Below are positions 49,935 to 58,636 of a stretch of DNA of 64,000 bases, piece by piece (within the stretch, counting starts at the first letter, position 1; each line of letters starts with the position of its first letter). This DNA comes from an uncultured Bacilli bacterium. GTDB taxonomy: Bacteria; Bacillota_I; Bacilli_A; RF39; UBA660. The stretch is taken from assembly GCA_947631035.1 (NCBI GenBank), contig CANRJW010000001.1, positions 5,254-69,253 of the forward strand. Reading direction: 5' to 3'. The position numbers and the translations under genes were made by a program. The notes under the pieces are model-generated. The model was not told the DNA's origin, did no database searches, and saw nothing but the letters and a program-made list of their open reading frames with translations.

Positions 49935-50864
49935 ATGTTTTTATACACTCTCGATAATAAAAGATATCATACTTTAAATTATGAATATCAAACCATTTTT
50001 CATAAAAAGGTATTTAAAGTAAGTTTAAATGCCAATTTTTCTTGTCCAAATTTTCAAAATGGTTCGGGTTGTATTTTTTGTTTGCATGGCAGTAATGATT
50101 ATGATATTACGAAAAATCAAGATTTGATACGCCAATTTTATGAAGTAAAAGACATTGTAGAACGTAAATGGCCCGATAGTTACTACATTGGTTATTTTCA
50201 AGCCAATACCAATACGTATGCACCTGTTGCAGTTTTAAAGGAAAAATTTGAATCCATTCTTGCTTTAGATAATGTTGTTGGTTTATCCATTGCAACAAGA
50301 AGTGATGCGATCACGAAAGAGTGTTTGGATTATTTAGAAGATTTAAATAAAAGAACGTATTTGACTGTTGAACTTGGTTTACAATCTAGTAAAGACGAAA
50401 CCTTGTCGTTGATTAAAAGAGGACATGATGTCGAAAACTTTAAAAATTGTGTTCTAGAACTTAAAAAAAGAAACATTCGGGTTGTTGCTCATATTATCAA
50501 TGGACTTCCTTATGAAACCAAAGAAGATATGATTACCACCGCTAAGTTTTTAAACGATTTAAAAGTGGACGGTGTAAAAATCCATATGCTTTCAATATTA
50601 AAAGGAACGGAACTTGCTCGTCTATATCAAGAAAAACCTTTTCCTATTTTAACAAAAGAAGAATACATCGACATTGTAATTGAACAATTAGAACATTTAG
50701 ATGAGAAAATTGTCATTCATCGTATTACAGGAGACCCTAAAGTCGAAGACTTAATTGCTCCTACTTGGCTTATTAAAAAATTTGGTGTTTTAAATGATAT
50801 CGATAAAGAAATGGTTCGTCGTAATGTGTATCAAGGGGATAAAGTTAACAATCACGTGTTATAA
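49935..50864 (+). CDS. Radical SAM protein, TIGR01212 (YhcC/YtqA) family
   Basis: KKVFKVSLNANFSCPNFQNGSGCIFC mirrors the family N-terminus (KISLDAGFTCPNRDG..GGCxFC). Confidence 0.7.
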   Translation: MFLYTLDNKRYHTLNYEYQTIFHKKVFKVSLNANFSCPNFQNGSGCIFCLHGSNDYDITKNQDLIRQFYEVKDIVERKWPDSYYIGYFQANTNTYAPVAVLKEKFESILALDNVVGLSIATRSDAITKECLDYLEDLNKRTYLTVELGLQSSKDETLSLIKRGHDVENFKNCVLELKKRNIRVVAHIINGLPYETKEDMITTAKFLNDLKVDGVKIHMLSILKGTELARLYQEKPFPILTKEEYIDIVIEQLEHLDEKIVIHRITGDPKVEDLIAPTWLIKKFGVLNDIDKEMVRRNVYQGDKVNNHVL

Positions 50865-51180
50865 TTTTTTCAATGCGAAATCCTTTTAAGTCTGCGGAGA
50901 TTCCTAATTCTTCACTTTTGCTTTTTATATAATTTACATTTTGTTTAATAAATTCTTTTACATCATGCTCAACATTGTTCCAAGAAATTGTTTTACAAAA
51001 ATCTTGACTACAAATTTGGCTTACTTTCCCGAGTAGGTCCTTTTCTTTAATATATGCTAGTAAGTTTTTTGAATTTAAATTTTCTATGGTCAATTCTTTG
51101 GTGCAATTTTCCGTCTCCATCGCTTGATAGGTATGTGTTATAAAGCAAAACACAAGAGCCAAAATGATTATTTTCTTCAT
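50845..51180 (-). CDS. Small secreted protein with a signal peptide, unknown function
   Basis: MKKIIILALVFCFITHTYQA signal; 4 Cys. Confidence 0.4.
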   Translation of the reverse strand: MKKIIILALVFCFITHTYQAMETENCTKELTIENLNSKNLLAYIKEKDLLGKVSQICSQDFCKTISWNNVEHDVKEFIKQNVNYIKSKSEELGISADLKGFRIEKIITRDC

Positions 51181-51266
51181 CCTACTTCACCTAAAAGGTA
51201 GTTTGAACAAATTTTTTAGAAAAAGACTCTAGAAAAGAAAAAAAGATTTACCAATTTTTAGTAAAT

Positions 51267-52481
51267 CTATTCCATATACATTACATCAATATCAACAGCA
51301 CCTTTAATCCCATCGACTCTTCCGTCATTACAATGTTGCCAAAAACGATAGGTTCCTTGATAAGTTGTTTTATCCACATAATGAGCAAGCCATGTTTCGT
51401 ATTTAGAAGGCATCCATAATTTTTCTAAGTAATTTTTACTGCTGTAAAGTAATCCGTCATACCCAGCATTATGAATGGTATCTAAAAATGTCTCCGCCAT
51501 CGAAGTAAGGCCAAAGAAACTTAGATGGTATTCATTAAATGTACTCCAATTTTCCCAATCATACGCAATGGGTAAATTGACTTTATAATCTTTAATTTGC
51601 TCTAAGACCCAATTTGCTTCTTCTTTGGCTTTTTCACTAGAACTTGCATAAGAATAAAAGTAAATACCCACATCCATATTTCTTTTATTGGCTTCGGTGA
51701 TGTTATAAACAAAGTTGTTATCAACGAAATATTCTTTATCACGGCCTCTTGTTCCTCCAACACGAATAATCACGAATTCTACACCAGCATTTTGTAAAGC
51801 ATCAAAGTCAATTTCTCCTTGCCAACTCGATACATCAATCCCTATACGGGTTTTATCATTTTTAAATTTTTTTACCACATCTTGAAATTCTGTATAAGAG
51901 GGTTCCGTATTGGTATTTGGTGTCGTATTCTTTTTCGGTTCGGTGACATTTAATTTAAAAGCCTGTTCGGTTCGATTACCACTTTTATCTATCGCAATAA
52001 AGGTAAGAGGATACATGCCAACTTTATCAGTATCGTATTCGCCTTCTACATAACAATTGGGTTCGTTATCTAAATCATCTCCGCATAAAATGTTTTCCGG
52101 ATGAAACGCATTTCCTTTCGTAATCGTATAACTACTTCCCAACCAAATCACTGGTTTTGTGACATCCGTTATTTCGACTTGATAGTTATAAGAAACTTTG
52201 ATGTTATCGTCATTTATAAATTTAAAAGAAATGTCCTTCTTTCCTAAAGAACTTGAATCAATTAGATAATCCTCTAAAATGGTACCATTGATACTGGTAA
52301 TAAAATCCGAAACTTTTTTTGTTTCTCCAAAAGGAATCGTTAAATCTTCTACTAAAGAAACTTCAATTTTAGCATTTTTAATTCGTAAATAACGATACAA
52401 AAAAGAACCTCCGACTATGAAAGAAATACTTACAAGAAAAATAAAACAAATCAATATTCTTTTTTGGAAATTCTTTTTCAT
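51267..52481 (-). CDS. GH25 muramidase (lysozyme) with an N-terminal TM anchor and Ig-like (DUF5011-type) domains
   Basis: C-terminus RIGIDVSSWQGEIDF..VEFVIIRVG..GIYFYSYA..IAYDWE is the GH25 signature. Confidence 0.8.
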   Translation of the reverse strand: MKKNFQKRILICFIFLVSISFIVGGSFLYRYLRIKNAKIEVSLVEDLTIPFGETKKVSDFITSINGTILEDYLIDSSSLGKKDISFKFINDDNIKVSYNYQVEITDVTKPVIWLGSSYTITKGNAFHPENILCGDDLDNEPNCYVEGEYDTDKVGMYPLTFIAIDKSGNRTEQAFKLNVTEPKKNTTPNTNTEPSYTEFQDVVKKFKNDKTRIGIDVSSWQGEIDFDALQNAGVEFVIIRVGGTRGRDKEYFVDNNFVYNITEANKRNMDVGIYFYSYASSSEKAKEEANWVLEQIKDYKVNLPIAYDWENWSTFNEYHLSFFGLTSMAETFLDTIHNAGYDGLLYSSKNYLEKLWMPSKYETWLAHYVDKTTYQGTYRFWQHCNDGRVDGIKGAVDIDVMYME

Positions 52482-52610
52482 ACTATCCCTCTTTTGGTTC
52501 TATTATAAAAAGATTTTGGGTTTTAAGCAAGCAAAATAACGTTACTTATCTATTTGTGCTTCAAATTTAAATAGTGTATAATAAAATTAATTATAAAAGG
52601 AGGAAAAATT

Positions 52611-53870
52611 GTGACTCAAAAAATAAATAGGAGAAAATATCTACTTTTAATCCTCAACATTCTTTTTTATTGCTTATTGGATTTTAAGTCCTTACCTCTT
52701 TTACTTCTTTTAATTCTGTTTACTTTTTTCTGTACCAATGTTAAAAAGTATAAAAAGTTTTTTGCTATTCTAGGTGTTAGTGTTACAGCACTTGTTTGGT
52801 TATTTTATAAATCTTATATCATGCGATTACCCCTAGGTTTATCCTTTTATTCTTTTAAAATCATTAGTTATATTCTCGATTGTTATAAAGGAAAAATTTC
52901 TTTTCAAAATCATTTTATTTCGTATTTTATTTATGTTACATACTTTCCAGAAATTATCTCTGGACCTATTTCCCGTGGAAATACAATTGTGAATCAATTA
53001 GAGCAATCTTTTACTTTTCAAAAAGAAAAATGGTTAAAAGGAATGCAACTCATTCTCTCTGGACTTTTTTTAAAGTACGTTATTGCCAATCGAGCTATGC
53101 TTTATGTTGATAAAGTTTTTGGAGATTTTTCTTCTTATACCGGTCTAACTCTTTTTATTGCTGCTATTTTGTATAGCATTCAAATTTATGGTGATTTTTC
53201 TGGATATTCAAATCTTTCTATTGGGGTATCCAATCTTTTAGGATTTGAGATTGAAAGAAATTTCAATCGTCCTTATTTTTCTAAAAGTATTAAAGAATTT
53301 TGGGGACGCTGGCATATTTCTTTATCCAGTTGGCTTAAAGATTATATTTATATTCCTTTAGGAGGAAATCGAAAAGGAAAACTTAGAAAATGGTTCAATT
53401 CTATGGTTACTTTTTTAGTGAGTGGATTTTGGCATGGGAATGGAACTGGCTATCTTTTTTGGGGATGCTATCATGGAGTTTTAAGTAATTTTTCTACTCC
53501 CAAGACGAAAAGTAAAATTAAAACTTTGGGTTTACAACTACTCACTTTTATTGAAATTACGATTGGTTGGATTTTCTTTCGAACCGAAAGTTTTACAAAA
53601 GGCATCCTTTATTTAAAACAAATGGTGACTACTTTTCGTATTGAGTATTCTACTGTTCTTTCAAGTATACTACCTTTTACAGGAGATAATTCCAGTATTG
53701 CCTTAGCGATTATTCTTTTCTTACTCGTTTTATTTGAATGGATTGTTGAAGTAAAACGTAAAGATGATTATTCTTCTCAAAACTATGGTTTGATTCTTTT
53801 TGTTTATGTTTTTTCTATTATCGTTTTGGGTGTTTTTGGGGTAAATAAATTTATTTACATGAATTATTAG
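52611..53870 (+). CDS. MBOAT-family membrane O-acyltransferase (AlgI/DltB/PatA-like)
   Basis: FWGRWHISLSSWLKDYIYIPLGG...FLVSGFWHG conserved MBOAT His region. Confidence 0.8.
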   Translation: MTQKINRRKYLLLILNILFYCLLDFKSLPLLLLLILFTFFCTNVKKYKKFFAILGVSVTALVWLFYKSYIMRLPLGLSFYSFKIISYILDCYKGKISFQNHFISYFIYVTYFPEIISGPISRGNTIVNQLEQSFTFQKEKWLKGMQLILSGLFLKYVIANRAMLYVDKVFGDFSSYTGLTLFIAAILYSIQIYGDFSGYSNLSIGVSNLLGFEIERNFNRPYFSKSIKEFWGRWHISLSSWLKDYIYIPLGGNRKGKLRKWFNSMVTFLVSGFWHGNGTGYLFWGCYHGVLSNFSTPKTKSKIKTLGLQLLTFIEITIGWIFFRTESFTKGILYLKQMVTTFRIEYSTVLSSILPFTGDNSSIALAIILFLLVLFEWIVEVKRKDDYSSQNYGLILFVYVFSIIVLGVFGVNKFIYMNY

Positions 53871-53880
53871 GAGGTGCGTT

Positions 53881-54792
53881 ATGAAAAAGTTCATTATTAT
53901 TCTTTTATCAACACTTTTATTTTCTATTCTCTTTATCGTTTTAAAAGATCAATACGAAAATAAATTACTAGCACATGCAGAATTTGGATTACCTTCTATT
54001 ATTCAAAAAGGAGAAATTGAAAATTTATTTATTGGTTCTTCGATGTTTCGTCAAGGATTGGATACTAAAGTATTAGAGGAAAATGGTTTAGAAAGCTATG
54101 TTTTATCTTATAACGGAAATACACCTATACTCGAACTATGGATTTTACAATATTTATTAAAACATAATGTTCAAATTAAAAACTTGTATATTGATTTATA
54201 TGCCTATTCCCTTTCGACCGATTCGATTCTAAGTGATAGCAAGATTTTAATGGAAACAGATATAAAAGGCAAATATGAGTTATATAAACTAGTGAGTCCA
54301 AACGGAAATATAAGTGATTTTTATTCTATTTTTGTTAGTAAAAATATGGAACAGCTTCTTACATGGCCCATTTACTATCCGATTATAAATTCTACTTATT
54401 ATAAAGGGGGCACAAAACTTGGTAAGGATGGCATTAGTGAAGAAAAACTGGCTTCTTTAGAACTATTTGAAGAAACACCTGTTCTTGATGAAAATGTTAA
54501 AACGATTCAAGAAATTATTCAGTTTTGTCAAAAGAACAACATTTCACTTTATTACATCGAAACACCAAAAACAAACCGAATTTTAGAAACGGCGTATTAC
54601 CAAAATTTAATGGAACTTTATAAAACGATTTTAGAAGAAAATCATGTCCCCTACTATTTAGCAAGTGATGTAAATTCTGATATTCAAAATCATGCATATT
54701 ATTTCTTTGATTTAATTCATTTATCCAATCAAGGAAGAAAAGAATATTCGAAAAATTTAGCAGAAACGATAAAGATGTCTCAAGAATTCTAA
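53881..54792 (+). CDS. SGNH/GDSL-like partner protein of the MBOAT (AlgJ/DltD/PatB-type role)
   Basis: N-terminal TM; LFIGSSMF (GDS-like block I) and FDLIHLSNQG (DxxH block V). Confidence 0.55.
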   Translation: MKKFIIILLSTLLFSILFIVLKDQYENKLLAHAEFGLPSIIQKGEIENLFIGSSMFRQGLDTKVLEENGLESYVLSYNGNTPILELWILQYLLKHNVQIKNLYIDLYAYSLSTDSILSDSKILMETDIKGKYELYKLVSPNGNISDFYSIFVSKNMEQLLTWPIYYPIINSTYYKGGTKLGKDGISEEKLASLELFEETPVLDENVKTIQEIIQFCQKNNISLYYIETPKTNRILETAYYQNLMELYKTILEENHVPYYLASDVNSDIQNHAYYFFDLIHLSNQGRKEYSKNLAETIKMSQEF

Positions 54793-54797
54793 CATTT

Positions 54798-54828
54798 AAA
54801 AACTGTAACCAAAATTTACAGTTTTTTT
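54798..54828. terminator. Bidirectional terminator between convergent genes
   Basis: aaactgtaa-ccaaaa-ttacagttt hairpin flanked by A and T runs. Confidence 0.6.
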
Positions 54829-54830
54829 AT

Positions 54831-55547
54831 TTAACAATTGTCTATACATGTGTTTTCTTCATTAAAAAAGGTTTGAAATAAATCTTCTTCGTCTTTTAAA
54901 ATTTCTTCACTAAGTTCCATAGAAGAAGATGTTTGTTTCGGACTTTGTCCAGTAGTTATGCGTTTTGCACTTCCCTTTTCAATATAGATAAAATTAGGAG
55001 CAAAAATACGTTTTTCTCCAACCTTTATTTCTTTTCCATTACTATCCGTAAGGGTATAATCTTCTAATACCGAAGATAAATAAGTCAGTAACGTTTGATA
55101 CTCTTTGGCACCTTCACTTTCTAAAACAACATTTCCTTTTTCATCAAGTTTATACGTATCTCTTAGAATCTCTTGATGGTCCCCTTCCCAAATATTTACA
55201 TAATAAATGGTATCAATAGAATAGTTATTCGCTACTTCAATAGATTTTTCTATGACACTTCGACACCAAGGACAATAAGAAGAGCCAAAATAAACATAAA
55301 ACGTTTCTTGATTCTCAATCTTTTTAATAATTTCTTCGGCGGTTGTATACACATAAGGATTGTTAGAAGGAATCGATACGCTTCTTCTTTCTTTTCCAGA
55401 TGTATTCACTGTACCATTTAAACTTTCATATTCTTTTTGAAAACGTAAGGCATCACTTTTTACTTTTTCTTTTCCACAACCAGCTATCAAAAATAAACTT
55501 ATACAACAAAAGACAATTGCCAATATTTTTTTTCTCATTTTTTCCAC
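54831..55547 (-). CDS. Thioredoxin-fold lipoprotein (CxxC)
   Basis: Lipobox LIAGC; YVYFGSSYCPWCRSV thioredoxin-like motif. Confidence 0.7.
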   Translation of the reverse strand: MEKMRKKILAIVFCCISLFLIAGCGKEKVKSDALRFQKEYESLNGTVNTSGKERRSVSIPSNNPYVYTTAEEIIKKIENQETFYVYFGSSYCPWCRSVIEKSIEVANNYSIDTIYYVNIWEGDHQEILRDTYKLDEKGNVVLESEGAKEYQTLLTYLSSVLEDYTLTDSNGKEIKVGEKRIFAPNFIYIEKGSAKRITTGQSPKQTSSSMELSEEILKDEEDLFQTFFNEENTCIDNC

Positions 55548-55623
55548 CTCTATCTACAATTTTACGGATAAAGAGAAAAAGTAAATAGCGTTTCGAGGTT
55601 GAATTTTCTCAACTTTAAGTTGA

Positions 55624-56310
55624 TTAAGAACAATTTTCTCCAAAAGAAAGCGGAATTTCATACATAGTGGTTGTATCATTTTCGTCGACGGCTTTGATTT
55701 CCAGTTTTAAAGCACCCTCTTTTACCATCCCACATGATTTGGAATAATGGTCCACTTTAAAGTTTACTTGTTTTAAAAAGTCTTCTAAAGTAATCGGTTC
55801 TCCTTCATAAACATTGTTATCAATCTCTTTTTTGGTCTTCTCGTCTATTTCATAAAATAAACATTCTAACTTTTTATATTTGGTCGAATTCGGTTCTCCA
55901 CAATAAGTAATATTGGAAATGTAAATCGATGTTTTACTATCATCATAAGCAATACTTCCCGAAAGTTCAAAAGCATCACATGTTGTTTTTAAGGTTTTCA
56001 ATTGAAATTCATGACGTTGAAACAAAAAAGAAATAAGAATTCCTAATAAAACTAGAAAAAGAATACCAATCAAAAGAATCTTTCTATTTGGTCTTTTAAT
56101 CGAAGGGAAATTTTCTAATAATTCATTGATATCTTTTTTATAATCTTTACAAATCTCTTTTAAAATAGCAATATCCGGTAAGTTTTTGCCATTTTCCCAT
56201 TTGCTAACTGCTTGATAGGTCACGCCATATTTTTCTCCAAATTTTTCTTGGCTTAAATGACTCTTAGTACGGACTTCTTTAATAAAGTCACTAATCTTTT
56301 CTTGATTCAT
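55624..56310 (-). CDS. XRE-family HTH transcriptional regulator with TM segment and extracytoplasmic domain
   Basis: SQEKFGEKYGVTYQAVSKWENGKNLPD HTH_3; TM LLIGILFLVLLGILISFLF. Confidence 0.75.
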   Translation of the reverse strand: MNQEKISDFIKEVRTKSHLSQEKFGEKYGVTYQAVSKWENGKNLPDIAILKEICKDYKKDINELLENFPSIKRPNRKILLIGILFLVLLGILISFLFQRHEFQLKTLKTTCDAFELSGSIAYDDSKTSIYISNITYCGEPNSTKYKKLECLFYEIDEKTKKEIDNNVYEGEPITLEDFLKQVNFKVDHYSKSCGMVKEGALKLEIKAVDENDTTTMYEIPLSFGENCS

Positions 56311-56312
56311 AT

Positions 56313-56642
56313 TTATCCTACTTTTTCCCCATTTTTTACTGGTTTATCTGGTGTTAATAAAACAACAGCGTCCCCATGATAAATGCCAAGAACAAGCACT
56401 TCAGATAGAAAGTTAGCGATTTGTTTCGGAGGAAAATTTACCACCGCTACAATTTGGCGTCCCACTAAGTCTTCTGCTCGATAAATTCCTGTAATTTGAG
56501 CAGAAGATTTTTTTATTCCTAATACTGAACCAAAATCAATTTCTAATTGGTAAGCCTTTTTTAAGGCACCCTCAAAGAATTTGGCACTGACAATTGTTCC
56601 AACACGAATATCTAATTTAAAAAAATCATCTATTGAAGACAT
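56313..56642 (-). CDS. csaA: CsaA/YgjH-type tRNA-binding (EMAP/Myf) domain protein
   Basis: FKLDIRVGTIVSAK...GIKKSSAQITG...QIVAVVNFPPKQIANFLSEVLVLG. Confidence 0.8.
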   Translation of the reverse strand: MSSIDDFFKLDIRVGTIVSAKFFEGALKKAYQLEIDFGSVLGIKKSSAQITGIYRAEDLVGRQIVAVVNFPPKQIANFLSEVLVLGIYHGDAVVLLTPDKPVKNGEKVG

Positions 56643-56812
56643 AAAACCACTTCCTTATTTCCTTTTATTATACATGAGAAAAAAGAAAAGAACAACAAAC
56701 CCCAATTGAATTATGAAAAACAGTTTTACATTTTCTATACATTTATTATGACTCTTATTTTACATTGGTCATACTTTATTATAAAGATATAAAACAGAAA
56801 GAAGGACAAAAA

Positions 56813-57169
56813 ATGGAAAACATAACTTTAGGACAAATTGCGGCGATTATTACGTTTTTAAGTATTTTTATCGGGGCTATTACAGCCATTATTACTTTTT
56901 CCAAATCGTTTATTTCTAAAATTTTGGTGCCAATCAATGAAAAAATTGACCATTTGGAAAGTGCTTCTTCCATGGGAAGAAATAATATTGAGTTAGAACT
57001 TATTAAAATCATTTTAATCAACTTTATCAACGATATAGAACAAGGGGTTCTAAAGACGCCCGTCCAAAAAAGAAATGCCTATGAACTTTACGACCGCTAT
57101 GTTTCTTTAGGAGGCAATTCGTATGTTCATGACAAATGGGAAGAACTAATTAGGGAGAAAAAGATTTAA
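56813..57169 (+). CDS. BhlA/UviB-like holin-family small membrane protein (N-terminal TM + charged coiled C-region); start at MENITLG (AGAAGGA RBS)
   Basis: Architecture and ..FSKSFISKILVPINEKIDHLESA.. resemble the BhlA family; weak. Confidence 0.3.
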   Translation: MENITLGQIAAIITFLSIFIGAITAIITFSKSFISKILVPINEKIDHLESASSMGRNNIELELIKIILINFINDIEQGVLKTPVQKRNAYELYDRYVSLGGNSYVHDKWEELIREKKI

Positions 57170-57170
57170 G

Positions 57171-57458
57171 ATGCAAATCAATTATGTACTCGTAGTGGCG
57201 ATGGTCACTTATATATTAGGAACATTTACCAAAACACTTTGGCCAAGCCTTCCCCATAAATACATCCCTTTACAAAATATTGTCATAGGGATTACAAGTG
57301 CTCTCATCTGTTACTTTACAAAACTTGAACCGAGTCTTATTGAAGCATTCACCCTTTGCTTTTCTGCTACTTTAGGAGCTGGAGGAATGCACGATTTGGT
57401 AACGAGTCTAAGTAAAAATACCGAAGTAGAAAATACAAAAGAGAATCCAACTTCTTAA
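57171..57458 (+). CDS. Holin-like small membrane protein (2-3 TM, polar C-tail)
   Basis: 95 aa; hydrophobic segments VLVVAMVTYILGTF / IVIGITSALICYF / FTLCFSATLGAGG; 1-nt gap after the previous gene. Confidence 0.3.
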   Translation: MQINYVLVVAMVTYILGTFTKTLWPSLPHKYIPLQNIVIGITSALICYFTKLEPSLIEAFTLCFSATLGAGGMHDLVTSLSKNTEVENTKENPTS

Positions 57459-57475
57459 AAAAGGATTCTCTTTTT

Positions 57476-58615
57476 CTATAAAAATCTTTCTAATTTTAAG
57501 TGTTTTACTTTTGCTGGGTCGACCTCTAAAAAAGCCGGATGAAGGGTTATAAAAAAGTTTGGAACATCGGATTTAAGATAGGACTTCGTTTCTCCTTTAC
57601 TTATTAGGATTTCTTTTTCTAAAAGTGGCACAATCCGTTTATCATAGACTTCACTTATTTTTCTTTTTTCGTTGTATAAGTGATAAATCATAATTAAATC
57701 CTTAGCTGTCTTGCTTCCATAAGAAAGAAGATACAAAATCATTTGCAAGTCCTCTTTCGTTAAAGAGGCATTGGCTTTTTTACTTAGTTCATGGAGGAAG
57801 TATTCTTTTTCGAGTTCCTTTTCCACTTGCTTTAACATGTATTTTAAAAACAAAGTAATATCCCCAACGACTCTTCCTTTTTGAATTGTTTCTTCATATT
57901 CTCTTTTGGCAAAAGCAATCGCTTGATTAAAGGTAATATAAGGATAATTTTGGTGGTTTAACAAATACCACATGGAAAGAGTTCTAGCGGTTCTACCATT
58001 CACATCAAAATACGGATGGACATAAACAAAGTAAAAGTGCATAATTTGCGATTTTATAAACACATCCATCGTATTTTTACTTTCTTCATTTTCATTGACA
58101 TAACAAAAAAATTGCTCCATCGTTTTATCTAACTTTTCATGTTCAAAACCTTTGTAAGGCTCTACATCCAAGCGACTTCCTTTTAAAATATAAACAGGTG
58201 CTTCTCGGTAGAAAGGCCCCATACGCCTTAAATCTTTTTCTTCTAAAAGAGCATGACTTAATAAAGCATAAAGTTCTTTTAAACTTTCCTTGTTGATTTC
58301 TTTATGACTTAAAATATATTGATACCCATGATACAAATTAATAATACGAATTTTTTCTTCCTCGCGAATCGGAATTTTTCTTTTTCTAATAACTTCTTCA
58401 ATGACCGATAAATCGTCTTTAATTCCTTCAATGGCATTATTGGATTTTATTTCTTGCCCCATCATCATTTTTTTAGCAAAGGCAAGGGTTTTCATATAGT
58501 CTTGTCCTTCTAAAACAGCAAGTAGTTCTTCTTCATAACTTTTTAATACTTCTTCATTATAAAAAAGTTGATTTCCTTGCATCGTCTTTAAATCCGTTTT
58601 TTTAATTGCACTCAA
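57476..58615 (-). CDS. Fic/Doc family protein (probable AMPylator)
   Basis: HPYFDVNGRTAR matches the Fic HPFx(D/E)GNGRxxR motif; N-terminal ..AIEG.. inhibitory-helix-like segment. Confidence 0.8.
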   Translation of the reverse strand: MSAIKKTDLKTMQGNQLFYNEEVLKSYEEELLAVLEGQDYMKTLAFAKKMMMGQEIKSNNAIEGIKDDLSVIEEVIRKRKIPIREEEKIRIINLYHGYQYILSHKEINKESLKELYALLSHALLEEKDLRRMGPFYREAPVYILKGSRLDVEPYKGFEHEKLDKTMEQFFCYVNENEESKNTMDVFIKSQIMHFYFVYVHPYFDVNGRTARTLSMWYLLNHQNYPYITFNQAIAFAKREYEETIQKGRVVGDITLFLKYMLKQVEKELEKEYFLHELSKKANASLTKEDLQMILYLLSYGSKTAKDLIMIYHLYNEKRKISEVYDKRIVPLLEKEILISKGETKSYLKSDVPNFFITLHPAFLEVDPAKVKHLKLERFL

Positions 58616-58636
58616 ATTTACACCCCCTAAAAAAGT

